Shown here: positions 24,713 through 39,289 of the stretch, piece after piece
Numbering within the stretch: position 1 is the first letter of the stretch
Layout: every line of letters starts with the position of its first letter
Source of the DNA: Mobula hypostoma
Lineage: Eukaryota
Assembly (NCBI RefSeq): GCF_963921235.1
Contig: NC_086097.1
Location: forward strand, 16,430,001 to 16,494,000
Length of the DNA: 64,000 nt
Direction of reading: 5' to 3'
Translations under genes and position numbers: made by a program
Notes under the pieces: model-generated
What the model was told of the DNA's origin: nothing
Seen by the model: the letters and a program-made list of their open reading frames with translations, nothing else
The model's database searches: none

Positions 24713-27337
24713 TATTGTGTTTGTAAAATGTGTGCCCATGCGGAAAAAGCTGTGCAAAAATATCTAATTGGCCAACTGATTAACTCTTCCAAACAGAATC
24801 CAGAGAGAAGTGGAAGCAAGATCCTTTTCAAATAATTAATACACACAATGCTGGGATGCATTCTATCATTTGAATTCAAATATCAAGCAAAATTATTATA
24901 AGTCAGCACAGAACAAGCAGCCACTTGGCCTAACTAGCCCATCCTGATACTTATTCACAAATGAAGTCTGCTTGGCACTCTCAAATATCTAAGCTCAATT
25001 TTCAATTCCTTTTCCTTCAAATAGTTAGCTGTATATTATGGTCTGATATGGCAGCATAGCGGTTAGTGCAATACTTTACAGCACTAACACCCGGGTTCAT
25101 CTCATGCTGCTGTCTGTATGTTCTCCCTATGATCTCCTTGGGAGATCTTACCTCCAGAGCTTTGAGCCTTACAGGGTCCCAGCCATTCACAGCCAGTTCA
25201 GCTCCTGCCCAGCTCGACAAGCAGGCCTATCCTGGCAGACCTGCTGTCGCCCCACCAAAAGTATCCCTTCCTATCTCTCTTCCAGCTTATATCTGTGACA
25301 TCTCTCCTGCCCTTCAACACTTTGACCATTTCCTTTCCCTGGCCCCAACTGACTCACTTTTATTATGGATGTACGACCCCTTTACATCTTCATCCTAAAT
25401 CAAGGACGTCAGAGGGCCCCCTGCTTCTTCCTGGAGCAGAGGCCCAACCAGTTCCCCTCCACCAGCAAAACCCTTCACATATACTATATATGAATGTATA
25501 GCCAGAGACTTTCTCCCAGGATGGAAATAGCTGATATCGGGAGACGTAATTTTAAGGTGATTGGAGTAAAGTACAGGAGGATGTCAGAGGTAAGTTTTTT
25601 GCACAGAAAGTGGTGGGTGTGTGGTATACCCTGGCAAGGGTGGTAGTAGAAGTAGGTGCAGATACATTAAAGGTTGAAAGCTCAAAGGTTCATTTAATAT
25701 TATAGAGTATGTACACAGTATACAACCTGGTATTCGTACTCTTCACAGACATCCACAAAACAAGAAACCCTACAAAATGAATGACAGGAACATCAAAGCC
25801 CTAAAGAAACCCCCCACCCTTCACACAAGCAGTAGCAAAAGCATCAACCCCCACCTCTCTACCCCCCACCCCCGTCTGTGCCAGCTGAAGCAACAACCGC
25901 CCCTACCATGCAAGCAACAGTAGAAGCTCCATTAGGGGCATATAAGAAACTCTCAGATAGGCACATGGATGATAGGAAAATGGAGGGCTATGTAGGAGAA
26001 AAGTGTTAGGTTGATCTTAAAGTAGGTTAATTGTCCTGTGCTGCAATGTTCTCTGCTCCATATGTGAGAAACAAACTCGAAATGCTAGCACCAGGGTCTA
26101 CCTTTTCCACAAAAAGATGTTTAGGACATAGAACAGTACAGCATAGAATAGGCCCTTTGGCCCCCCGGATGTTGTGCTGACCTTTCAACCTACTCCGAGA
26201 TCAATCTAATCCTTCCCTCCGACATAGCCCTCCATTTTCCTTTCATCCCTGTACACTTGGCCTCTAAAATGATGCAGCACCGATTAGATAAACTGTCAGA
26301 ACCCGCACATGAATTCTGAAACTAACATTTACGTCTTTGAGGACATAAACACAATGCCCAAGTTGTTGCTCAGTGAAAGAGTGCAAGACACCATAAAATC
26401 ACCAGGGTGTATTGGGAAGAGGTGGACAGATACATTTTCTTAAGTCAACACCATCATTTAAAGTGTGTGAATGAAAGGCCTAAAACAGCTGCTTTTCATG
26501 CACAAATCATAATTAAAAGCAATGGAGTAGACAGACAATATCTTTTTCCCAGGGTTGAAATGTCTAATAGCAGAGAGCATGCACTTAAGGTGGGAGGGGG
26601 TAAATTTGAAGGAGATGTGAAGGGTAGGTTTTTTTTACACAGGGAGTGATGGTGCTGGAATGAGAGGCCCATGCTGGTTGTAGATGCTGATACATTAAGG
26701 ACTTCTAAGAAACGTTTGGATTAGCACGTGAATGTGAGGTAAAAGGAGGGATATGGCTATTGTGTATGCAGATTAGGTTAATTAGCTATTTGATTACTAA
26801 TTTATTTGGTTTGGCTCAGCATTGTGGGCTGAAAGGCTTGTTCCTGTGCTGTACTGTCCTATGTTCTAATATATCCTGGGTTAGATTGCATTTGCCTACC
26901 ATTAAAAAAAATGCTCACCATGTCAAAAAGAACATAGAACATTGAACAGTACAGGCCCTTCGGCCCATGATGTTGTATCGACCTTTTAACTATCCCAAGA
27001 TCAATCTAACTCTGCCCTCCCACATGCCCCCCCATTTTTCTTTCATCCAAGTACGTCTCAAGTAACAATACACAGATTCATATTTTTCAAAAAGATCCTG
27101 AAAAACTTGGACCACGCTTTGAAAGATGGATTGGCAATTTGCATTGCAAATACCGAGGGTTCACATTGTGACAAGGAAGATGCGTGGTATACTGTGTCGG
27201 CTGCCAATCTTTCAAGTCTATTATCATTTAACCATACACATGTATACCATCAAATGTTCCTCCGGACAAAGTTGCACAATGCGCTACATACAACTTATAC
27301 ACGCACAACGTGTGGATATGCAACTCACACACTACAC

Positions 27338-28350
27338 ATGCTGGTGACCAGTGCTGTTCCACAGGGGTCTGTGTTGGCTCTGGTTCTTTTTACGTTACAT
27401 GTTAATGACCTGGATGATGAAATTGTGGCTTTGTTGCAAAGTCTGTAGACAGGTGGACAGGCAGCTAGTTTTGAGGAAGTAGAGAGGCTACAGAAGGACT
27501 AGACAGATTAGGAAAATGGGCAAAGGAAGTGGCAGATGGAATAGTGTTGAGAAGTGTATGGTCATGTACTTTGGTAGAAGAAATGAAAGAGTTAATTATT
27601 TTCTAAATGGAGAGAAAATACAAAAAAACTGAGGCACAAAGGGACTTGGGAATGCTTGTACAGGATCCCCTAAAGGTTAATTTGCAGGTTGAGTCTGTGG
27701 TGAGGAAGACAAATGCATTCATTTGCATTCATTTCAAGAGGACTAGCTAGAATATACTGTAAAAACAAGGAGGTAATGTTGAAACTTTATAAAGCAATGG
27801 TGAAGCCTCACTTGGAGTATTGTGTGCAACTTTGAGCCCCTTATCATAGAAAGGATGTGTTGAAATGTGAGTGGGTTCTAAGGAGGTACACAAAAATGAT
27901 TTCAGTTTTGAACGGCTTGTCATATGAACAGCGTTTGATGGCTCTGGGCCTGTATTCACTAGAATTCAGAAGAATAAGGGGCGACCTCATTGAAACACAT
28001 TGAATGCTGAAAAGTCTTGATAGAGTGGATGTGGAGAGGATGTTTCCCATAGTGGGAGAGTCTGAGAGGACACAGCCTCAGAATAGAGGGGCATCCTTTT
28101 TGAACAGAGATGAGGCGGAATTTCTTTAGCCTGAGAGCAGTGAACTTGTGGAATTCGTTGCCACAGGCAGCTGTGGAGTCCAAGTCTGTATGTATATTAA
28201 GGCAGAGGTTGATAGATTCTTGATTGGTCAGGGCATGAAGGGATACGAGAAGGCAGGAGACCGGGGCTTAGAGGAAAAATTGAAGCAGCCATAATGAAAT
28301 AGTGAAGCAGACTCAATGGGCCAATTCTACTCCTATATCTTATGGTCTTG
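27338..28350 (+). mobile_element. CR1 RT/3' fragment
   Basis: VTSAVPQGSVL through to the CR1 3' UTR, with many disruptions. Confidence 0.85.
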
Positions 28351-28784
28351 TTTTCTTACACATAAAGTAATATCACCACAAATAGCTTAAGAAATAATAA
28401 GGTGCATTTACAACACAAGTTAAAAAGTAAACAGTATAACACTACTGGCACTTTTTACATGATGAGACTTGGGCGGTGGCAGAGTTGAGTAGTCTCATGG
28501 CCTTCGGGAAGAACTTGTCTCCCATCCTAACAGTCCTTGTCCTAATGCTATGGTACCTCCTGCCTGATGGTACGGGGTCAAACAGCATCAGATCATGCTA
28601 TGCTCACATCTGGAGGAATGTTTGTGGAGTTGCATTATGACTTTTTGGTTTGGATTAGGCAAAACAACAAGCACATATTGTACCACCTTACACTGCACAG
28701 CAATTCTAGAGAACAGATAGACACCCCTGAGCATTTAAAATTCAACAACTGTACAACGAGTAGTTGTTAACAACCTGGAAAAGT

Positions 28785-29540
28785 GTGAAGTGATCCACTT
28801 TGGAAGGTTGAATTTAAGGCAGAATACAGAGTTAATGGCAGGATTCTTAACGGTGTGGAAGAAGAGGGATCTTGGGAATCACATCCTCAAAGTCGCAATG
28901 CGAGTTGATAGGATTGTTAAGGTGTATAGTGTGTTGGCTTTCATTAGTCGAGGAATTGAGTTCAAAAGCATGAGAGTAATGTTACAGCTCTATAAAACTT
29001 TGGTTAGACCACACCTGGAAAATTGTCTTCAGTTCTGGCTGCCTCATTATAGGAAGGATGTGGAAGCTTTCGAAAGGGTGCAGAGGAGATTTATCAGGAT
29101 GCTGCTTGGATTAGACAGCATGTCTTACAAGGATAGCTTGAAGGAGTTGGGGTTTTTCTCTTTGGAGTGATGGAGGATGAGAGGTGACTTGATAGAAGTG
29201 AATAAGATAAGAGGCTTAGATTAAGTGGATAGCCAGAGACTATTCCCCAGGGTGGAAAAGGCTAATATAAGGGGACATCATTTGAAGATGATTGGAGGAA
29301 AGTATAGGGTGGATGTCACAGGTAAGATTTTTACACAGAGAGTAGTGAGTGTGTGGAATGCCCTTCCAGTGGTTGGTGGTAGAGGCAGGTGCATTAGAGG
29401 CATTTAAGAGACACTTCTTCATATGGGTCATTGAAAAATGGAGGGCTGCGTAATGGGGAAGGGTTAGATTGATCTTAGAGTAGGCTGGCACAGCATCATG
29501 GGCTGAAGGGTCTGTACTGTGCTGTAATGTTCTGTGTTCT
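28785..29540 (+). mobile_element. CR1 3' fragment
   Basis: LQLYKTLVRPHLENCLQFW...ERVQRRF. Confidence 0.85.
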
Positions 29541-29913
29541 AATTCTTTGCTGCTGCACTGGCTTTGATCTTTGGCAAACACCTGATGATAGGGTCACGTC
29601 GCTATTTTAGACTATTCAATATCAACACTTCTGACCTATTGACCTAGGAATGAACTCGGGATCACTGACAAGGTGTATTTATGCAAAGCTGTGTTGAGAC
29701 ATTCATTTACCAGCGTTAATATGTTTAGTCTAAAAGAAAAATACATTGGGCTGAGCAAGATGAATAAGCACTGTGAGATGAAATGTCTATATAAATGCTG
29801 AAGGTTGACTTACCCTTATTGCCCAACATGCTAGAAATTATGAGTTAGCCACAATGAATGGAGTTAAATGTAGTTCCGATATACTTTCTAACATCACCAT
29901 CTCAAGTTGGACT

Positions 29914-31130
29914 ATAAGATATAGGAGCAGAAGTAGGCCATTTGACCCATCGAGTCTGCTCTGTCATTCAATCATGCGCTGATTCAATTCTTCCAGTCAT
30001 CTCCACTCCCCTGCCTTCACCCCATACCCTTTGATGCCCTGGATAATCAAAAACATATCTATCTCTGCCTTAAATGCACCCAATGACTTGGCCTCCACAG
30101 CTGCTCATGGCACGAATTCCACATATTTACCACTCTTTGAGTAATTTCTCCACATCTCTGTTCTAAATGGATGTCTTTCAATCCTGAAGTCGTGCCCTCT
30201 TGTCCTAGACTCCCCTACCATGGGAAATAACTCTGCCATATCTAATCTGTTCAAGTCTTTTAACATTTGGAATGTTTCTATGAGATCCCCTCTCATTCTC
30301 CTGAACTCCAGGGAATATAGCCCAAGAGCTGCCAGATGTTCCTCATACAGTAACCTTTCATTCCTGGAATCATTCTTGTGAATTTTCACTGAACCCTCTC
30401 CAATATCTTTTCTAAAATAAGGAGTCCAAAACTGCACACAGTACTTCCAAGTGTGGCCTCACGAGTGCCTTATAGAGCCTCAACATCACATCCTTGCTCT
30501 TATATTCTATACCTCTAGAAATGGATGCCAACATTGGATTCGCCTTCTTCACAACCAATTCAACCTGGAGATTAACCTTTAAGGTATCCTGCACAAGGAC
30601 TGTGAAAACTGATGCAAAACACGCATTCAGTTCCTCTGCCATCTCTGGGTCTCTTATTGCAGTATCTCCAGAGTCATTATCTATTGGTCCTATATCTACC
30701 CTCGACTCTCTTTTACCCTTTATATACTTAAAAAAGCTTTAGTATCTTCTTTGATATTAGTTACGAGCTTCCTTTCATAATTCATCTTTTCCTTCCTAAT
30801 GACCTTCTTAGTTTCCTTCTACACGTTTTTAAAAGCTTCCCAATCTTCTATCTTTCCACTAACTTTGGCTTCCTTGTAAGCCATCTCTTTTGCTTTTACT
30901 TTGGCTCTGACTTCACTTGTCAGCCATGGTAGTGTCCTTCTTCCATTTGAAAATTTCTCCCTATTTGTAATATCTCTGTCTTGCACTTCCCTCATTTTTT
31001 GCAGAAACTCCAGCCATTGCCGCTCTGCTGTCCTTCCTGCTAGTGTCCATTTCCAGTCAACTTTGGCCAGTTTCCGTCTCATGCCATTGTTATTTCCTTT
31101 ATTCCACTGAAATACCGACACATTGGAATT
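29914..31130 (-). mobile_element. CR1 fragment with a large internal deletion
   Basis: Minus-strand FASVFTV is fused directly to LVQDTLKV near 30600, so the RT core is missing. Confidence 0.85.
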
Positions 31131-31429
31131 TAGTTTCTAACATTTTCTGTTTTATTTCAACAACAAATATAAGGAAGCTTGTTTTCACACAAATCTTTGA
31201 AAGAAATTCTAGGACCGTTAAACCCAGAAAATTCATATTATTAATAAGGGAAATATGGATGCCACTGAGACTACTGGCAATAACCACTTCATTGATATAT
31301 GACTTCTAAATTTCAAAACAAATTGACATATTCTGGACCTGGGCCACATTTCCAACCATTCTAAACCTCAGCTCCAGCTACACCACTGGCCCATGTTCTG
31401 GACTGACCTCATGAGAATAGGTGCACGTT

Positions 31430-32070
31430 AGAGTCATAGAGAAGTACAACGCAGAAACAGGCCATTCGGCCCATCTAGCCCATGCCAAAATCATTTAAAC
31501 TACCTTCAACAATTGATCTACATTGGGACTATAGCCCTCTGTATCCCTACTATCCATGGACCTATCTAAGCTTATCTTAAATGTTGAAATCGAGCTTACA
31601 TGGACCACTTGTGCTGGTAGCTCATTCCACACTCTCAAAACCCTCTGAGAGAGGTTTCCCCTCAAGTTCCCCTTAAACTTCTCATCTTTCACCCTTAAGC
31701 CATGACCTCTAGTTCTAGTCTCACCCAACCCCAGTGGCAAAAGCCTGCTTGCATTTATCCTATCTATACCCCTCATAATTTTGTACACCTCTATCAAATC
31801 TTCTCTCGATCTTCTATGTACTAAGGATTACAGTCCTAACCTATTCAATGTTTCCATACAGCTCAGGCCGTCCAGGCTGGAAATATCCTCGTAAATTCTT
31901 TCAACCTTGTTCACATCTTTCCTGTAGGTAGGTGACCAAAACGGCACAAAATACTCCAAATTAGGCCTCACCAACATCTTATACAACTTCAACATAACAT
32001 CCCACCTCCTGTACTCATTGCATTGATTTATGAAGGCCAATGTGCCAAAAGCTTTCTTTACAACCCTATC
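31430..32070 (-). mobile_element. CR1 3' fragment
   Basis: LYKMLVRPNLEY, TRGHGLRV, QRVLRVWNELP. Confidence 0.8.
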
Positions 32071-32074
32071 TAAC

Positions 32075-32323
32075 TAAACTGGTGACCCCTGTTTCCATCC
32101 AGGGGGTCAGTGTGGACATGGTGGAGGATTACAAATACCGGGGATACGAATTGACAATAAACTGGACTGGTCAAAGAACACCGAGGCTGTCTACAAGAAG
32201 GGTCAGAGCTGTCTCTATTTCCTGAGGAGACTGAGGTCCTTTATCATCTGCTGGACGATGCTGAGGATGTTCTACGAGTCTGTGGTGGCCAGTGCGATCA
32301 TGTTTGCTGTTGTGTGCTGGGGC
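32075..32323 (+). mobile_element. Rex1/Babar-type LINE RT fragment
   Basis: PVSIQGVSVDMVEDYKY...DNKLDWSKNTEAVYKKGQS.LYFLRRLRSF. Confidence 0.75.
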
Positions 32324-34830
32324 ATTTAAGATGCCAGTTCAGTTCGCTGATCCGCGAGGTTCACTCAGCTCTGTGCTGAACTAAGGGTCTGTAGACAGAC
32401 CTGCTTTACGGATTTCAGTTGACAATGCTATTTGCTTTTGTGTTTATCACTTGCAGGATTTGTCTTTTTTCTCTTTCTTCACTTTGGGTGTTTGACGGTC
32501 TATTTTTTAAATGGGTTCTTTTGGGTTTTTTGTTTTGTGCCTGCCTCTATGGAGACGAATCTCAAGGTTGTATAATATATACATACTTTGAACTTTTGAA
32601 CTTTTTATGACTCTCAAGGGTTCAAGCTTATGGAGTTCCCTTCCTGCTGACACTGCGGACATATCTTCACCGCAAGGACTACAGCAGCTCCAGAAAGTCT
32701 ATCCCCCGGCAGCTCCCCCTTCCCCACAGGAAATCAGGGATGGGCATTAAATGGCAGGTTTGCAAGTGATACTTACACCCCTGAGAGAATTAAAATTGTG
32801 GAGGCAGAGTGCACTTAAAGCCGCATATTGTGCTATATAAGGATATGATACTCAGCAAAGCATTGGCCGAGTAGTGGCAGGTTTGAAAAGGCTTGAAAGA
32901 AACACTGATGAAATACTGTGGTTTTTATGTTCCATTGCAAGTCACTCACAAAGGTCACACACCCTCCCAACTAATTTAAAACTTTTAAGAGAGATTTGTC
33001 TCATGGAGAAAGATATTTCAAAGTAAAAAATATTATAGTCAGAGTACATACAGGTCACCACATACAACCCTGAGATTCTTTTTCTTCTTCAAATGTAAGT
33101 ATAAATATAACACAATTAATTAAAATAGTGGTGAAAATGGAGTGAATCCTAATTTGGGCCTCTTCTAACCTCTCTTAGGGACCTTCTGTTCCATTAGGTG
33201 ATAATAGATTACAGTGAGGGTAGAAACAGGATGATTTGGCAGATAAATATGTGGCTGAGAAGCTGGTGCAGGGGGCAGGGCTTCAGGTTCTTAAATCATT
33301 GGGATCTCTTCTGGGGGAGGGATGACCTGTTCAAAAGCGACAGGTTGCACCTGAATCCGAGGGGGACCAATATTCTCGCAGGCATGTCTGTTAGAGCAGT
33401 TGGGGAGGGTTTTAACTAATTTGGCAGGGGAGTGGGAACCGGAGTGATGGGACTCAGGATAGGACGGATGGTAAACAAGTAAAGATAGTGTGCAGTCAGA
33501 CTGTCAGGAAGGGCAGGCAGGTGATGGGACTTAGTTGCAGCCAACAGGCTGAGTGTCAAAACATTAGGGATGCAGAATCAGAAAGGAAAGCAATTACGGT
33601 ACTCAGGTGTTGTATCTAAATGCGCATAGTATAAGAAATAACGTGGATGATCTTGTTGCACTATTACAGATTGCCAGATATGATGTTGTAGCCATCACTG
33701 AATCATGGCTGGAGGATGTTTGTAGTTGGGAGCTGAATGTCCAAGGTTACAAGTTATATCGGAGGGATAAGAAGATAGGCAGAGGGGGTGGTGTGGCTCT
33801 ACTGGTAAAGAAAGGCATCAAATCAGTAGAAAGATGTGACAAAGGATCAGAAGATGTTGAATCCTTGTGGATTAAGTTAAGAAACTGCAAGGGTAAAAGA
33901 ATGTTGATGGCAGTTGTATACAGGCCTCCCAACAGTGGCTGGGAGGTGGACACAGGTTACAACAGGAAATAGAAAAGGCTAGTCAAAAGAGCAATGTTAT
34001 GGTAGTCTTGGGAGATGCAGGTCAATTGGGAAAATCAGATTGTAATGGATCTCAAGAGAGTGAATTTGTTGAATGCATAAGATACAGCTTTTTAGAGCAG
34101 TTTGTCATTGAGCCTACTAGGGGATCAGCTATACTGGATTAGGTGCTATGTAATGAACCCGAGGCAATTAGGGAGCTTAAGGTAAAAGAACCCTTTGGAG
34201 CCAGTGATCACAATATGATTGAGTACAACTTGAAATTTGATAGGGAGAAAGTAAAGTCTGATGTAGCAGTATTTCAGTGGAGTAAGGGAAATTACAGTGG
34301 TATGAGAGAGGAGATGGCCAAAGTAAATTGGAAGGAGCTGCTGGCAGGAATGTCAGTAGAGCAGCAATGGTGTGCGCAGAAGATGTGTATTCCAAAAATG
34401 AAGAAATACTCAAATGGTAAAACAGTACAACCATGGCTGACAAGGGAAGTCAAAGCTATTGGAAAACCAAAAGAAGGGGCATATAACAAAGCAAAAATTA
34501 GTGGGAAGATAGAGGATTAGGTACTTTTAAAAAACCTAAAGAGAGCAACCAAAAAAAATCATTAGAAGGGAAATGTTGAAATATGAAAGCAAGTTAGCAA
34601 ATAATGTCAAAGTGTATAGTAAAAGTTTTTTTCAAGTAATAAATGAGAAATGAGAGTGGACATAGGATGCTAGGAGATGAGGCAGGAGAAATAATAATGG
34701 GGGACAAGGAGATGGCTGATGAACTAAGTAAGTATTTTGCATCAATCTTCACTGTGGAAGACATGAGAAGTACGCCTGATGTTTTAGTGTGTGAAGGAAG
34801 AGAAGTGGGTGCAGTTACTGTTACAAGAGA

Positions 34831-35112
34831 TTAAAGATTAAAGTCTGTCATGAGCCTTGTGGCCCATCAGGCTGGTGCTTATGCCGGTTTCTGTGGCGTG
34901 AAGTAACTGAGAGTGCGAGACTCCCCCCCGGATAGGATGCCAGTCTACCCCGAGATTAACCCCAATGCCGGTACCCATTCTCAGCTGGGTAGACTGGAGC
35001 ATTGCGTGGTTAAGTGCCTTGCTCAAGGACACACACGCTGCTTTGGCCAAGGCTCGAACCCACAACCTTCAAATCGCTAGTCCAACGCCCTAATCACTTG
35101 GCCACGCACCAC
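34831..35112 (-). mobile_element. tRNA-derived SINE inserted in CR1
   Basis: 14-bp TSD ACTGTTACAAGAGA (34817-34830 and 35113-35126). A and B boxes on the minus strand, (TTTAATC)n tail. Confidence 0.9.
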
Positions 35113-35708
35113 ACTGTTACAAGAGAGAAGGTACTCAAAAAGTTGAAAGACCTAAAGGTACCTAAGTCACCCGGACCAGATGAACTGCACCCTAGGGTTT
35201 TGAAAGAGGTAGCATTAGAGATTGTGGTGTCATTAGTAATGAACTTTCAAAAATCATTGGACTCTGGCACAGTGCCAGAGGACTGGAAAATTGCAAATGT
35301 CACTCCACTCTTTAAGAAAGGAGGAAGGCAGCAGAAAGGAAATTATAGACCAAGTTAGCCTGACCTCAGTGGTTGGGAAGATGTTGGAGTCAATTGTTGA
35401 GGATTAGGTGATGGAGTACTTGGTGACACAGGACAAGATAGGACAAAGATTTTCCTTCAGGGAAAATCCTGCCTGACAAACCTGTTGCAATTCTTTGAGG
35501 AGATTACAAGTAGGACAGATAAAGGGAATGAAGTGGATGCTGTATATTTGAATTTTCAGAAGGCCATTGATAAGGTGCCACATGCGAGGCTGCTTACCAA
35601 ATTAAGAGCCCATGGTATTACAAGAAAGTTACTAACATGGTTAGAGCATTGGCTGATTGGTAGAAGACAGCGAGTGGGAATAAGAGGATCCTTTTCTGGT
35701 TGGCTGCC

Positions 35709-35892
35709 TCTTGGAGGGTCAGACACCCTGAGCCAATAGGCTGGTCCTGGACTTATTCCATAATTTACTGGCATAATTTAAATATTACTATTTAACTATT
35801 TATGGTTCTATTACTATTTATTATTTATGGTGCAACTGTAATGAAAACCAATTTCCCCTGGGATCAATAAAGTATGACTATGACTATGACTA
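35709..35892 (+). mobile_element. 3' end of a LINE (Rex1-like) inserted in CR1
   Basis: Interrupts CR1 GWLP|(M)TTGVPQG and ends in gggatcaataaag plus (ATGACT)n. Confidence 0.6.
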
Positions 35893-37185
35893 TGCCAATG
35901 ACTACAGGTGTTCCGCAGGGGTCAGTGTTGGGACCATTTCTCTTCATGCTGTATATAAATGATATAGATGATGGAATAGATGGCTTTGTTGCCAAGTTCG
36001 CAGATGATACGAAGATTGGTGGAGGGACAGGTAGTGCTGAGGAAACAGGTAGGCTGCAGAAGGACTTAGACAGATTAGGAGAATGGGCAAGAAAGTGGCA
36101 AATGAACTACAATGTTGGAAAATGCATTGTCACGCATAGTAGAAATAAATGTGCAGACTATTTTCTAAACGGGGAGAAAATCCAAAAATCTGCGATGCAA
36201 AGAGACGTGGGAGTCCTTGTGCAGAACACCCTAAGGGTTAACTTGCAGGATGAGTTGGTGGTGAGGAAGGCAAATGCCATGTTAGCATTCATTTCAAGAG
36301 GTCTAGAATACAAGAACAAGGATGTGGTAAGGCACTGATGAAGCCTTACCTTGAGTATTGTGAAGTTTTGGGCCTCTCATCTTAGAAAAGATGTGCTGGC
36401 ATTGGAGGAGTCAAGAATACAAGAGCAAGGATGTGATGCTGAGGCTTTATAAGGGACTGGTGAGGCCTCATCTTGAGTACTGAGAACTGTTTTGGCCCCT
36501 CACCTTAGAAAAGATGTGTTGGCATTGGAGAGGGTCTAGAGGAGGTTCACAAGGATGATTCCAGGAATGAAAGGGTTATCACATGAGGGACATTCGATAG
36601 CACTGGGTCTGTACTCGCTGGAATTCAGAAAGATGAAGGGGTATCTCATTGAAACCTTTCGAATGTTGAAAGGCCTAGACAGAGTAGATGTGGAAAGGAT
36701 GTTTCCCATGGTGGGAGAGTCTAGGACAAAAGGGCACAGCCTCAAGATAGAGGGGCACCTGTGGAGAAATTTCTTTAGCCAAAGGGTGGTGAATTTGTGG
36801 AATTTGTTACCACATGCAGCTGTGGAAGCCAGGTCGTTGGGTGTATTTAAGGCAGTGATTGATAGGTTCTTGATTGGACATGGCATCAAAGGTTACAGAG
36901 AGAAGGCCGGGAACTGGGGTTGAGGAGGAGAAAAAACAAGGATCAGCCATGACTGAATGGCGAAGCAGACTCGATGGGCTGATTGGCCTAATTCTGCTCC
37001 TATGTCTTATGGTCTTATGCTCCTTCATGAGCTACAGGTAAGAGCCAAGCATCAAGTGGGGACCAAAGGTGACTGAGCTGCCCCAGAATGGACACAACAA
37101 GCCCCTTTACCAGAGGTGTTAATCAAGGCAAATTAATCATTCTATTTTCTTAAGACCCCCCTTATCAATTCCTGTTGGGGTAATG

Positions 37186-37957
37186 ACACAAACATGAGAA
37201 AATTTGCAGGTGCTTGAGGAACTCAGCAGGCCAGGCAGCATCTATGGAAAATGTTAAACAGTCGATGTTTTGGGCTGAGACCCTTCCTCAGGACTGGAAA
37301 AAAGGAGAAGTCAGAGCAAGAAGGTGGGGAGAGGGGAGGATAAGTACAAGGTGGAAAGTGATAGGTGAAATCAGCATAGGAGGAGGGGGTGAAGTAAGGA
37401 GCTGGGAAGTTGATTGGTGGAAGAGATTAAGGGCTGGAGGAGGAGGAATATGATAGGAAAGGGTAGAGGGCCATGGAAGAAACAGAACAGGGAGGAACAC
37501 CATAGGGAGGTGATAGGCAAGTAAGGAGATAAGGTGGGAGAGGGAAACAGGAATGATGGAGAGAGACAGGGCAATTACCAGAAGTTCAAGAAATCAGTGT
37601 TCATGCCATCAGGTTGGAGACTACCCAGACAGAATATAAGGTGTTGCTCCTTCAACCTGAGTGCAGCCTCATCGTGGCAGTAGAGGAGGCCATGGATTGA
37701 CATGTCAGAATGGGAATGGAAGTAGAATTCAAATGGGTAGCCAACCAGGAGATCCCACTTTTTGTGGCAGATGGAGCGAAGGTGCTCGGCAAAGTGGTCT
37801 CCCAATCTATGTCGGATCTCACCAATACACAGGAGCACCAGATATAGCAGATGACCCCAACAGACTCACAGGAGAATTGTCGCTTCACCTGAAGCACTGT
37901 TTGGGACCCTGAATGGACGGAGGTGTAGGGCTGGTGTGGCATTTGTTCCACTTGCAA
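37186..37957 (-). mobile_element. Penelope-like 3' fragment (GIY-YIG endonuclease)
   Basis: LLCIGEIRHRLGDHFAEHLRSI...LKEQHLIFCLGSLQPDGMN, plus the hammerhead-type terminus. Confidence 0.88.
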
Positions 37958-39289
37958 TCTTCAAAGTTGCCTTAACCTTTTTTTCTGTACAGAAATGTCT
38001 GTAAAGTGCAGATGTGTGAGTCAGTTACTTACTTAATGTTTGGTCAGGCTTTCTATGAATAGGTTCAACCTTGAACTGTCAGTTCACAACAGTATGACCA
38101 CACTATTACCCAGATATAGTGAAAAATCAACAAAACTGGACACTTCTTTCACTGCAAGAGAAAGAAAAGACACAAACTATTTCTACGTGTGGGGCTTGGC
38201 ACCTGAAACAGCCTTTTTGAAAAGCCTCATGTCATTCTCCATTTTATTGGCTCTTCTGGGTTCAATGATGAAGATGGAAGTGTCTTAAAATAAAGATGAA
38301 GATGTTATTTACTGGAATGTTTCAAGGACGAGAGATTTTGATTGTAAAATTCAACTGGAAGAGGCAGGAGTATTCTCATAAGAATAGAATTTTAGGCCTC
38401 TCAAGTCTATCCTGCCATTAAATATGATTTTGACTGATCTGTGTCAGATCTTAATTCTTCAGCTTTTCCTGTTCCCCATGACTCTGCCTCCCCCACACTT
38501 TCAAAAATTTGCCTACTTCCTCCTTAAATAATCTCAACAATCTAGCCCCTCAATACTTGGGAGATGAGAATTCCAGAGATACATACCTTCTCCAAAAATT
38601 TGCTAGGCAGCTCAGTTTTAAATGAACACCCCTGAACCTTGTAAGTACACCCTCCCATTTGGGATTCTCGCTTAACTGCAATCAGCTTGATGCCTACCCT
38701 TATCATTCCCCCTCAGCATATAGTAACTGTCAACAAGTTTCTTCCAAACTTCAAGTAGTGCAGATCTAATTTCTGTAGCTGCCTGTCCTCTCACCTAAGG
38801 AATTAGAACATAAAACCATAGACTAGAAAACATAGGAGCAGAATTTGGGCCAAATAATCTTTTGGACTGTCTCCAATGCCAGTATATCCGTTCTTAAATT
38901 AGAAATCCATGTGGCCTCACCTGAAGATTTGTAAAAATACTAAACTCCAGCCCTTATGCTATAAAGGTCAATATCCCATTTGCTTTCCTAATCAATTGCT
39001 ACACCCTCCTCTTTGTGCACAAGAACACCAAGATTCCTCTATACTTTGCTCGTCTGCAGACTTTTTTCATTTAGATAATAGCCTGCTTTCAGATTCCTCT
39101 CACAAAGTGCATGGCCTCAATTTGCCAAATGCTTGCCCATCACTTGACCTATCGATATCCTGGTGCAGAGGACAGATATCCTGATAACAACCTGCCTTCT
39201 TACTTACTTCTGCTGCTGGAAGACACTCTGCCTACTCCTCCAGATCATTATTTTTTTAAAAAAACTAATAACTAAAGGCCAAAAACTAA

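Larger units (their letters stand above)
33198..37020 (+). mobile_element. Long CR1 copy (ORF1 esterase end plus ORF2), degenerate, with nested insertions
   Basis: ORF1 HWDLFWG..DRLHLN. ORF2 YLNAHSI, AITESWL, VYRPPN, SDHN, VPQGSVLGP, KFADD. Internal tandem duplication at ~36300-36530. Confidence 0.92.
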
